Shown here one piece after another: positions 50,685-59,223 of a DNA stretch of 64,000 nt. The notes beneath the pieces were generated by a model, which ran no database searches, was not told the DNA's origin, and worked only from the letters and a program-made list of their open reading frames with translations. The position numbers and the translations under genes are program-made. The first letter of the stretch is position 1. Each line of letters opens with the position of its first letter. The DNA is from Abditibacteriaceae bacterium (lineage in GTDB: Bacteria; Armatimonadota; Abditibacteriia; Abditibacteriales; Abditibacteriaceae): contig OZ255721.1 of NCBI GenBank assembly GCA_965277285.1, positions 480,001 to 544,000 on the forward strand. Direction: 5' to 3'.

Positions 50685-50726
50685 AGCAGCAGCCGTCCAT
50701 CGAGTACTCGATAGACGGCTGCTGCT
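50685..50726. terminator. 42-bp near-perfect palindrome after feoB centred on the 12-mer
   Basis: AGCAGCAGCCGTCCA-TCGAGTACTCGA-TAGACGGCTGCTGCT then TTAT. Confidence 0.65.
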
Positions 50727-50771
50727 TTATGGTATGAGTAAATCACCAACTTGGTGATTTGGAGCCGCTTC

Positions 50772-52790
50772 ATGTTTCTCGTGCCAAAAATGCGCCGCTG
50801 CGCGATGTCGACCCTTGTCGCTTTTGGATTGACCTACACCTCGTCTTGCGCCGCGCCACAAGCGAATGCGCCACAAGCAAATGCGCCTCAAGCGAGTGCG
50901 TTGAGCAACGTCGCAGTGGACGCTAAATTGTTGTTGACGCCGCGAATGGTGACCAACGAATCGGCGTTGGGTGATGCTTCGCAACTGGTCGATGAACAGC
51001 AGTTATCGGGCGATCCGCTGAACGGAAAAGGCGGTGTTCCGCAAACTTCGTGGGTTGCGGGTTGGACAGAATGGCAATATCCGATTCACGCTTTTCTTGA
51101 TTTGGGTGCGCCGTACAAAATCTCCGCGATTTGCCTTTACGACACCGAAGGAACGGGCGCTGTCACGATTTCCGCCGGACATCCGTTCGCTTGGCAGCCG
51201 CTTTTTACCGACAATCAGAACGGCTACATGAGTTGGGATAAGCACACAACAAATGTCGAAACGCGTTACTTGCGCATTTCCATCGCCGCGCGAATGCTCC
51301 ATATGCCGGAAATTGTGGTTTATGGTCACGCTTTGGGAAAGCCCGCAGCGCCGCCAAAAAAGATTGTTGTCAAGAGGCCGCTGCAGCCAACGATGGAACA
51401 CTTTATCGGCATCAACGGCTTTATCGACGATCCGTTTGACGCTTTGAGCGTGGCGGGTTTCGTGCGCGAATATCATCCTCTGGACTGGGACGAAGCGAGT
51501 AAGGACGGGCAGCAAATGGCGTGGTCGCCCAGTCCGGCAGGTGGCGGCTGGAGCTTTGACGCGTATTATGGCGAGTTGAAAAAGCGCGGCATCACGGTTT
51601 CGCCGTGCCTTCAGCAAAGCCCGCAATTGTTCGGCGGCAATGACAACAAGCCGATTGCGTCCAATGCCGACGGCGCAGATCCGCGTTCTTATGCGCTGCA
51701 CGCCGAGCATTTGTTTCAATATGCGGCGCGCTATGGCAGCGTTCGAGTACTCGATTCACGCTTGAAACTGGCGGCCAACCAAAAGCGCGTCAGTGGCCTG
51801 GGTTTGCTGCATTATTTTGAAGATTGGAACGAGCCGGACAAAAATTGGCGAGGCCGCGAAGGTTACTTCACGCCTTATGAACTGGCCGCGATGGGCAGCG
51901 CCGACCGCGACGGGCACAAAGGTACGATGGGGCAAAACGCCGGAATCAAGAACGCTGACCCGAAGGCGCAACTTGTGATGCCTGGCCTGGACGGTTTGCG
52001 CATCGACTACTTGACGGCGATGAAAGTGTGGAGCGATTGGAATCGTGGCGGGCAGTTTCCTTACGATGTCATCAACGTGCATCACTATTCCAACGCCAGC
52101 GGCGACCAGTTTGAAGGCTTGACCAAAAATGGCGTCAGTCCCGAACAAGACCATTTGCGCGACAAAGTGCGTGCCGTCGTCCAATGGCGCGACCAGAATG
52201 TGCCAGGAGCCGAAGTCTGGCTGACCGAATTTGGCTACGATGTCAATCAGGGTTCGCCGCAGCACGCACCGCAAATCGGCGCTTATTCGCCCGAAGAAGT
52301 GCAGGCGCAATGGTTGGTGCGCTCCTATTTTGCGATTGCCGCAGCGGGATCCGACCGCGCCGCCATGTTTATGTTGCGCGATGTCGATGCCAAAGATCAG
52401 ACGCAGTTTTCATCCAGCGGCCTGACCACGAAAAAAGACGAATGGACGAAGCGCCCCGCCTGGTTTTACGTTGATACCTTGAAAAACCGTTTGCGCGGAA
52501 TGCGTTTCGCTGGCGAAGTCGCGTCCGGCAACGCCCGGGTGACAATTTATCGTTTCAAAAGCGAGGAAGGAAATCGCGTCGCCTACGCGGTTTGGTGTCC
52601 GACCAGCGATGGCAGCACAATCGAGTACTCGATGCGCCTCTCGCCGTTGTTGCGCAACGCCAAGTTGGTGCGACTGCAAAACGGGCAGGCAAACGGCGTC
52701 GAATCAACTTTGCCACTTCAAAAAGGCGTCGCAAAGTTGAGTGTCAGCGAACGTCCCATTTTCGTGTTGACGGACGAAATGACCGGTTGA
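50772..52790 (+). CDS. secreted clan GH-A glycoside hydrolase with N-terminal discoidin-like module
   Basis: DWNEPD acid/base and WLTEFG nucleophile motifs; LDLGAPYKISAI..YD and TRYLRI; (PQANA)3 linker. Confidence 0.75.
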   Translation: MFLVPKMRRCAMSTLVAFGLTYTSSCAAPQANAPQANAPQASALSNVAVDAKLLLTPRMVTNESALGDASQLVDEQQLSGDPLNGKGGVPQTSWVAGWTEWQYPIHAFLDLGAPYKISAICLYDTEGTGAVTISAGHPFAWQPLFTDNQNGYMSWDKHTTNVETRYLRISIAARMLHMPEIVVYGHALGKPAAPPKKIVVKRPLQPTMEHFIGINGFIDDPFDALSVAGFVREYHPLDWDEASKDGQQMAWSPSPAGGGWSFDAYYGELKKRGITVSPCLQQSPQLFGGNDNKPIASNADGADPRSYALHAEHLFQYAARYGSVRVLDSRLKLAANQKRVSGLGLLHYFEDWNEPDKNWRGREGYFTPYELAAMGSADRDGHKGTMGQNAGIKNADPKAQLVMPGLDGLRIDYLTAMKVWSDWNRGGQFPYDVINVHHYSNASGDQFEGLTKNGVSPEQDHLRDKVRAVVQWRDQNVPGAEVWLTEFGYDVNQGSPQHAPQIGAYSPEEVQAQWLVRSYFAIAAAGSDRAAMFMLRDVDAKDQTQFSSSGLTTKKDEWTKRPAWFYVDTLKNRLRGMRFAGEVASGNARVTIYRFKSEEGNRVAYAVWCPTSDGSTIEYSMRLSPLLRNAKLVRLQNGQANGVESTLPLQKGVAKLSVSERPIFVLTDEMTG

Positions 52791-52929
52791 AAAGCGAATT
52801 CCTGAAAACTCGCGCGTCAAAGTTTCCTGACGATGCGCGCGAACGTGCTGACTTGAGCTGCGTCGAGAAAGTTGTTCATTGACTTAAGCGTTGAAAAGCC
52901 GAAAAGGAAAGTCCCAAGGAGAAGTCAAA

Positions 52930-53142
52930 ATGTCTCAAGACCTGATTGTTTTCGCCATTGTCGCGGGCGCGGCGGCCTATATCGGGCGCATGATTTGGAA
53001 CATGACGCGCGGCCAGAGCGATTGCGGCTGCGGCAAAGACGGCGGTTGTTCCTCGAAAACCGCAACCAAATCGGCGCTGAAATCGAGTACTCAATCGCTC
53101 GATGAAATGCCTTTGGTTCAAATCACGACGCGCCGCAAATGA
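52930..53142 (+). CDS. FeoB-associated Cys-rich membrane protein
   Basis: single TM then DCGCGKDGGCS; AAGGAG RBS; near feoB. Confidence 0.75.
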   Translation: MSQDLIVFAIVAGAAAYIGRMIWNMTRGQSDCGCGKDGGCSSKTATKSALKSSTQSLDEMPLVQITTRRK

Positions 53143-54005
53143 TTGCAATCTTAATTGTCAATTGGAACACGCGCGATCTGCTTCGCGCGTGTTTGCTGTC
53201 TTTGCAGAAGAATCTCGGCGACGTGGAACACCAAATCGTCGTTGTTGATAACGCCTCGCGCGACGAGAGTGCGCAAACCGTGCGCGACGAATTCCCCGAC
53301 GTTCATCTCATCGAAAACCTGCAAAACGAAGGCTACGCGCGCGGCAATAATCAAGCGTTCGAGTACGCGAAACAGTTCGCTCCGCAATGGATTTGGCTGC
53401 TCAATTCCGACACGGAAATCTTCGCCGATTCGCTGCCCGCTTTGCTCGATTTCGCACAGCAACATCCACCAGCGGGCGCCTTCGCATCAGCCTTAATCGA
53501 CGCGCGTGACGGACACATTCAGCGTTCGTGCCGCACTTTTCCAACACCAAAAGCGTTGTGGACGGAAGCGACGAATTTGCAGAAAATCTTCCCGCGTTCG
53601 CGCAAATTCGGCTTTTATCGTTACGGCGATTGGAGTATGAAAACGGCGCGCGAAATCGAACAACCGATGACGAGCAGCTTGCTCGTTCGACGCAGCGCGA
53701 TAGAACAAAGCGACGGTCTGTTCGACGAACAATTCCCAATTTTCTTCAACGACGTGGACTTATGTTTTCGCCTGCGACAGAAAGGTTTCGCTATCTGGTT
53801 TGTGCCGCAAAGTCGCGTTAAACATTGGGGCGGCGCGAGTACGAATCAAAACAAACCAGCGATGATCCGCGAAAGTCACCGCGCAATGGAAGCCTTTTAT
53901 CGCAAACATTGGCAAACAGAGTATTCGAAGTTGGTTTATAACGCGACGATTGCGCTGGTTCGCGCCTCGAGCAAGTTCCGCACGTGGCGCGCTGAAAAAC
54001 GGTGA
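53139..54005 (+). CDS. glycosyltransferase family 2
   Basis: IVNWNTRDLL, VVDNASRD, N.GYARGNN, LLNSD, FDEQF..FFNDVDLC. Confidence 0.93.
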   Translation: MIAILIVNWNTRDLLRACLLSLQKNLGDVEHQIVVVDNASRDESAQTVRDEFPDVHLIENLQNEGYARGNNQAFEYAKQFAPQWIWLLNSDTEIFADSLPALLDFAQQHPPAGAFASALIDARDGHIQRSCRTFPTPKALWTEATNLQKIFPRSRKFGFYRYGDWSMKTAREIEQPMTSSLLVRRSAIEQSDGLFDEQFPIFFNDVDLCFRLRQKGFAIWFVPQSRVKHWGGASTNQNKPAMIRESHRAMEAFYRKHWQTEYSKLVYNATIALVRASSKFRTWRAEKR

Positions 54006-54012
54006 TATTGGG

Positions 54013-54138
54013 ACACGGATTTCATACACGGATTGAACGGATTTGCACGGATCGAAAAGAAGAGAGAACGAGTATTCGATTAACCTTTTCCTATTCTGAC
54101 CCGTGAAAACCCGTTCAATCCGTGTATGAAATCCGTGT
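54013..54138. repeat. ACACGGAT-type inverted repeat (family E)
   Basis: ACACGGATTTCATACACGGATTGAACGG / CCGTTCAATCCGTGTATGAAATCCGTGT; degenerate palindrome ACGAGTATTCGA in the spacer. Confidence 0.8.
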
Positions 54139-54139
54139 T

Positions 54140-55003
54140 CTATGGACGCGTTTGAATCTGAATCAGCGGCGCTGCAATCGCGTCGTTCATTTTGCCGCGT
54201 CGGTAACCTTCCAGATCGAGCAAAATGGTGTTGTAACCGGCGTCTTTGAGTACTCGAATCAGTTCGTCACGAAGTTCAAAAGCGCGCGAAAGTTCTTCTG
54301 GCGCGACTTCGATGCGCGCTGTCAATTTTCCTTTTTCGTCGAAATGGCGCACTCGCACTTCGCGCAAACCTTGAGTGCGCAAAAAGGCTTCGCCGCGCCC
54401 GATCATGCGTAAAGCCTCGATTGTGACGGGCGTGCCATACGGAATGCGCGAACTCAGGCACGGCATGGCGGGTTTGTCCCATGTCGGCAAATCCAATTGC
54501 TTGGACAGTTGACGAATCTCGTTTTTGCTGAGGTTGACTTCGCGCAAGGGCGAGCGAATTTGTTTTTCGGTTCCGGCCTGTGCGCCCGGGCGCCATTCGC
54601 TCATGTCGTCCAAGTTGGTGCCGTCGCAAACCGCATCGAAATCTTCGTCGCGCGCGATTTTTGTCAATGTCTCGAACAAGTGACTTTTGCAAAAATAGCA
54701 GCGATTGTTCGGGTTGGACGCGTAATTTTCGTCGTCCATTTCGTGCGTTTCGACGACGCGCAAGTTCGCGCCGATTTCGTGCGCCAATTCAACTGCCGCG
54801 TCGTGTTCTTCGGGCATCAAAGACGGCGAAACGCCGATAATTCCGAGGGCGCGCTCGCCCAGTTCCTGATGCGCGACTTTGAGCAGAAACGCCGAATCGA
54901 CGCCACCCGAATAGGCGATAATCACGCGCGAGAAGCCACGCAAAATCGCGCGCAGTTGTTCGTTTTTGGTTTCTAAAGTTGTGTCGAACGTCGTCGTTGT
55001 CAT
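54140..55003 (-). CDS. larE: ATP-dependent sacrificial sulfur transferase LarE family
   Basis: AYSGGVDS PP-loop, RCYFCK, DGTNLDD..RPG, WDKPAMPCLSSRIPYG, VRVRH. Confidence 0.93.
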   Translation of the reverse strand: MTTTTFDTTLETKNEQLRAILRGFSRVIIAYSGGVDSAFLLKVAHQELGERALGIIGVSPSLMPEEHDAAVELAHEIGANLRVVETHEMDDENYASNPNNRCYFCKSHLFETLTKIARDEDFDAVCDGTNLDDMSEWRPGAQAGTEKQIRSPLREVNLSKNEIRQLSKQLDLPTWDKPAMPCLSSRIPYGTPVTIEALRMIGRGEAFLRTQGLREVRVRHFDEKGKLTARIEVAPEELSRAFELRDELIRVLKDAGYNTILLDLEGYRRGKMNDAIAAPLIQIQTRP

Positions 55004-55035
55004 GCCGGAAAGTGTATCATTTCGAGTACTCGATT

Positions 55036-56196
55036 ATGAAACCAATTCTTCCCGCTCTCGATTTTTTGCTCCAATCCCCCGACGAACACGCCGAACTTCT
55101 GGCATTTTTGCGCGTGCATCGCGTTGGATTGATCACCAATCACACAGGCCAAGCGCAAAGTGGAACAACGACGTTGGACGCCTTGCGCCAACTCGATATT
55201 CCGGTCGGCGCGCTTTTTTCGCCGGAACACGGAATCGCTGGAAAGTTGGAAGGCGATGTCGCGTCTTCAAAAACTGATGACGGTCTGGTCATTCATTCGC
55301 TGTATGGCGCGACGCGACGCCCGACCGCGGAAATGCTGTCTGAAATTGACGTTCTGATTTTCGATATTCAAGACGTTGGCGCGCGTTTCTATACATACGG
55401 CTCGACGCTGGCCTATGCGCTGGAAGAATGCGCGAATTTCGACAAAACGTTGGTCGTGCTGGATCGCCCGAATCCGTTAGGCGGACGGAAAATTGAAGGC
55501 CCTATGCTGGAAAACGATTGTCAAAGTTTCGTTGGTCATGTCCAAATTCCGGTCGTTCACGGCCTGACATTGGGCGAATTGGCGCGACTTCATGCGAAGA
55601 ACGAAAACCTTAATGGCGATTTGCGTGTTGTTCGTTGCGCCAATTGGAGGCGTGAAACCTTGTGGCCGCAAACCGGCCTGAAATGGATCGCGCCATCGCC
55701 GAACTTGCCCGATTTTCAAAGCGCGCAATGGTATCCAAGTTTGTGTTTGCTGGAGTTTTCCCATGTCGCGGTTGGGCGCGGAACCGATGCGCCATTTCAA
55801 ATCGTCGGTGCGCCGTGGCTGAATCCGCATCGAGTACTCGAATATCTGGAAAGCTGGCGCGGCTGGAACAATTTGAACGTTTCTGCGCAAGCCATTCATT
55901 TCACACCGAGGCACGCGATTTACGAAGGCGAACAATGTCGCGGATTAAAGTTCCGTTCAGAAGACGCGTCGAAAGTTGCGATGACTGATTTTGGTTTGAC
56001 CTTGTTGTGGGCTTTGCGCCAAAGTCATCCCGACGAATTCGATGCGGAAAAATTGCGCGCCTCATGGCAACTGGTTGGCTCGCATCGAGTACTCGATTGT
56101 CTGGAAAACAACGATTTAAATGCGGCGTTGAAATTGTCGCAAGAAGGCTTGCAGAAGTTTCAGGAAGCGCGAACGACGATTTTGTTATACGATTGA
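55036..56196 (+). CDS. namZ: exo-beta-N-acetylmuramidase NamZ (DUF1343) family
   Basis: GLITNHTG, FSPEHG, SLYG, FDIQDVGARFYTY, LDRPNP, PSPNLP, GRGT..PF. Confidence 0.92.
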   Translation: MKPILPALDFLLQSPDEHAELLAFLRVHRVGLITNHTGQAQSGTTTLDALRQLDIPVGALFSPEHGIAGKLEGDVASSKTDDGLVIHSLYGATRRPTAEMLSEIDVLIFDIQDVGARFYTYGSTLAYALEECANFDKTLVVLDRPNPLGGRKIEGPMLENDCQSFVGHVQIPVVHGLTLGELARLHAKNENLNGDLRVVRCANWRRETLWPQTGLKWIAPSPNLPDFQSAQWYPSLCLLEFSHVAVGRGTDAPFQIVGAPWLNPHRVLEYLESWRGWNNLNVSAQAIHFTPRHAIYEGEQCRGLKFRSEDASKVAMTDFGLTLLWALRQSHPDEFDAEKLRASWQLVGSHRVLDCLENNDLNAALKLSQEGLQKFQEARTTILLYD

Positions 56197-56203
56197 GGGC
56201 ACG

Positions 56204-56629
56204 ATGAAAGAGAAATGGTTTCAAGTCAGTTTTCGTTTGATGGGCGATTCATTGCCAGTTGATGAAATGAGTACGAAGCTCGGAATCGAGCCTTCAAACA
56301 TCAGTCGAAAAGGCGAACATATCAAAGCGAATCCTCGCTACGCAAAATATCAGACCAATGTTTGGGGTTTAATTTGGACAAAAGACTCGTCGGTTTCCTT
56401 TGAAGACCAGATTAGCGACTTACTCGATGTGTTAGAACATAAACAAAGTGCTTTAGCAGAAGTGTTGGCTATGCCAAGTGTGAGAGGTGAGTTGTTTCTT
56501 GGCTTCGGTTCAGTGCATGGGCAGGGCGGCGCGCACTTTCCGGCTTCGCTTCTTTTGCGCATTGCAGCTTTGGGTTTAGATATTGATTTGGACTTGTATC
56601 CAAAAACGATTGTAAGCCAGGCCAAATAG
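56204..56629 (+). CDS. DUF4279-like hypothetical protein
   Basis: FRLMGD.L...EMSTKLGIEPS...KGE...W...LGLDIDLDLY pattern; AT-richer than flanks. Confidence 0.7.
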   Translation: MKEKWFQVSFRLMGDSLPVDEMSTKLGIEPSNISRKGEHIKANPRYAKYQTNVWGLIWTKDSSVSFEDQISDLLDVLEHKQSALAEVLAMPSVRGELFLGFGSVHGQGGAHFPASLLLRIAALGLDIDLDLYPKTIVSQAK

Positions 56630-56695
56630 TGGACGCGTTCAATACTCACAATTTGAACTTATCGCCGCCGTGCGCAGTTATCGAGGTTTGATCTT

Positions 56696-57031
56696 ATGAA
56701 ACAAGACTCGCAGCATCCAATTATCGAGCGGCCTTTCGAGTACTCGATTGTTGCTTTTTACTTCGAGCGCGACTTTGAAGACGGGCGCGAAAGTTATTTT
56801 GACTTGACTTTGCGCAAAGGCAATGTAACGCGACGGCTCCGTTTCTTAGCACCAAGCAACATTCGCATCGGTGACGTTTGGAACAATAGCGGCATGGTTA
56901 TTCTCGATATAAGCGCGCGACAATGGGACGGATTAAGCGTTGAAATAGCGAACTTTGAAAACGCTGAAGGTTCGATCGAACTTTGCGCGCGCGACGTGAT
57001 TGATTTGGACGAAGAAGAAACTAAACCTTAA
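56696..57031 (+). CDS. hypothetical protein
   Basis: 111-aa ORF with GAGG RBS. Confidence 0.65.
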   Translation: MKQDSQHPIIERPFEYSIVAFYFERDFEDGRESYFDLTLRKGNVTRRLRFLAPSNIRIGDVWNNSGMVILDISARQWDGLSVEIANFENAEGSIELCARDVIDLDEEETKP

Positions 57032-57740
57032 ATTTATAACCGACGCCGCGCACTGTCAAAATGTGTTGCGGTTGCGAAGGCAAAGGTTCGAGTTTTTCGC
57101 GCAGCCATCGGATGTGAACGTCGAGTGTGCGTTCGTCGCCGTAAAAATCTTCGCCCCAGACGCGTTCCAACAACGTTTCGCGCGCGACAGTTTTTCCCGC
57201 CGAAGATAATAAAACGCGCAATAAATCGAACTCTTTCAAGGACAGTTTAACTTCGCTGATGGCGCCGCTTTCTTCGTTGCGCAAACGCACTTCGTGGCGC
57301 GCCATGTCCATTTCGATGAAACCGGCGCGCAAAGTCTGGCTTTGGCCTTCGGGCGGGTTTTCCTGCGGCGCGGCGCGTCGCAACAAAGCACGAACACGCG
57401 CCACCAATTCGCGCATTCCAAACGGCTTCACCAAATAATCGTCGGCGCCCAGTTCCAGGCCGATGACTTTATCACTTTCTTCGCCGCGCGCCGTCAGCAT
57501 GAGAACGGGCGCGCTGGTTTGCAATTCGGGATCGTGGCGTAGCGCGCGACAAACTTCCCAACCACTGATTTTGGGCAGCATCACATCGAGCACGATCAAG
57601 TCGGGCTTGTGTTCGCGCACCTGCTTCAAAGCGCTTTCGCCATCGAAGGCGGCAATGGTGTCGAAACCGGCTTTTTGCAGGTTGTAAGAAATGGTCTCGA
57701 CCAGCATTCGCTCGTCGTCCACAATGAGAACATTCGGCAT
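57021..57740 (-). CDS. OmpR/PhoB-family response regulator
   Basis: IVDDE, LDVMLP, LTAR, GADDYLVKPF, RTLDVHIRWLREKLE, TVRGVGY. Confidence 0.96.
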   Translation of the reverse strand: MPNVLIVDDERMLVETISYNLQKAGFDTIAAFDGESALKQVREHKPDLIVLDVMLPKISGWEVCRALRHDPELQTSAPVLMLTARGEESDKVIGLELGADDYLVKPFGMRELVARVRALLRRAAPQENPPEGQSQTLRAGFIEMDMARHEVRLRNEESGAISEVKLSLKEFDLLRVLLSSAGKTVARETLLERVWGEDFYGDERTLDVHIRWLREKLEPLPSQPQHILTVRGVGYKFKV

Positions 57741-57811
57741 CGCTCTCATTTTAACACCGCGCAAGTTAAATCGAGTTTAAGATGGAAAAACAGGACGCAC
57801 AAACTTTACCT

Positions 57812-57945
57812 AACCCCAAGCGGAAGCGCGGGGGCTAACGTAACTGCTGCTTCAGCATGGCATTTTCGCGGCGCACATTGACACCTTAAAGGCGCAGGGC
57901 CCGACGTGACTGCTGCTTCAGCCCCCGCGCTTACGTTTGGGGTTG
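57812..57945. repeat. REP-like family B copy 2
   Basis: AACCCCAAGCGGAAGCGCGGGGGCT ... AGCCCCCGCGCTTACGTTTGGGGTT. Confidence 0.8.
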
Positions 57946-57968
57946 GTTAAGTTTGTGCGTCCTATTTC

Positions 57969-59066
57969 TCATGTCCAATACAAAATGCGACTTTGTGGGA
58001 AACGCGTCGTAATTTCGCGCTCGAAGAAAGCGCGCATTTGCTTCATCGTTGCGCGTGGATAAACGTATTTGGTGCCGCCGAATTTGTTGCGCTTGATCTC
58101 GCGGTTTTCGTCGCTCATGTCGAGCGAAGATTTGGGATACCAACCTTGCAACACTTCGCGCGAGCCGGGCGTGAAACGATGCGTGATCAGTTCCCACGTC
58201 AGGTCACAACTGAAATCGAGTACTCGATGCAAACCGTCCAGCAATTGCGTGTAATGACTTTGCCAATCGTCCATCGCCATAATCGGCGCCAGAACCACAC
58301 CAATCGGATAAGCGCCGCCGCCTTGTTCGCGCGGCAAAGCCAACTGTCGCAAAGCGTTCATTCTGTTGGTTAAAGACGCGGTGCCACCTTCCAGACGCGA
58401 AGAAATCGGCGCCGCATTAAGGCTAATGCGGCAACGCGTTTGATTGTTGTGCTCCAAACTCAGTAATGGTTCAACCGCATCGAACTTGGAAACCCAGCGC
58501 AGAAAACCATTCTGGCGCGTGCCGAAATACTCAATGGCGCGGCTCAAACTTCCTGTCAAATGTTCCAAACTGAGCGGGTCGGTGTAGCAACTCGCCTCAA
58601 AAGTTGTCGGCTCGTTGGGCTTTTCAAAGCGCGCCAGATTGTCGAGAATCGCGTCGAGATTGGCGTAAGCGCGCACGACAGGCGGGCCGCTCAAACTTCC
58701 GGCCAAGTAGCAATACTGACAATGCGCCGGGCAACCTTCGGCGACGTGAAACTGCCAGTCGGCGCTGGGCGGAATCGGCTGCAATTTGAACTGCGAAGGT
58801 GGCGCGACAACAACCGCCAGCGTGCGTTTGGCCTTATTGTACGTGGCTTTCTCGTCAATACCACGCAAACCTGTCAGGCGATTCGACTTTTCGATTTCGA
58901 CGGGTAAGTTCAAGTTTTGCACGCGCTTCAAGATGCGTTGTCCATGCGCTTCATCCAATGCGGCGGGCGTAAAAACGACGCGTTCCGGTATCCACAATTT
59001 GGGAGTTTGAAGGGCTTTCGAGTACTCGTTGGGCGGCGAAAGGAGAAGTGTTTGATTCACTATCAA
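57969..59066 (-). CDS. splB: spore photoproduct lyase family radical SAM protein
   Basis: GCPAHCQYCYL (CxxxCxxC), FEASCYTDP, LEHLTG, THRFT, GGTKYVY; start uncertain. Confidence 0.9.
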   Translation of the reverse strand: MIVNQTLLLSPPNEYSKALQTPKLWIPERVVFTPAALDEAHGQRILKRVQNLNLPVEIEKSNRLTGLRGIDEKATYNKAKRTLAVVVAPPSQFKLQPIPPSADWQFHVAEGCPAHCQYCYLAGSLSGPPVVRAYANLDAILDNLARFEKPNEPTTFEASCYTDPLSLEHLTGSLSRAIEYFGTRQNGFLRWVSKFDAVEPLLSLEHNNQTRCRISLNAAPISSRLEGGTASLTNRMNALRQLALPREQGGGAYPIGVVLAPIMAMDDWQSHYTQLLDGLHRVLDFSCDLTWELITHRFTPGSREVLQGWYPKSSLDMSDENREIKRNKFGGTKYVYPRATMKQMRAFFEREITTRFPQSRILYWT

Positions 59067-59125
59067 AGGACGAACGAAACGCCGACACGCGCCGTGTTTG
59101 CGATAAAATAATCACATATTTATTA

Positions 59126-59214
59126 GCCACAAAGAGCACAGAGAGCACAAAGAAGAGAGATTCGAGTACTCGATTTCTGCCGTTCCTTCTTTGTGTTCTT
59201 TGTGCTCTTTGTGG
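59126..59214. repeat. GCCACAAAGAGCACA-type inverted repeat (family F) with the 12-mer in its spacer
   Basis: GCCACAAAGAGCACAGAGAGCACAAAGAAG / CTTCTTTGTGTTCTTTGTGCTCTTTGTGGC; degenerate relative at ~24101-24201. Confidence 0.75.
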
Positions 59215-59223
59215 CCATTTCCT

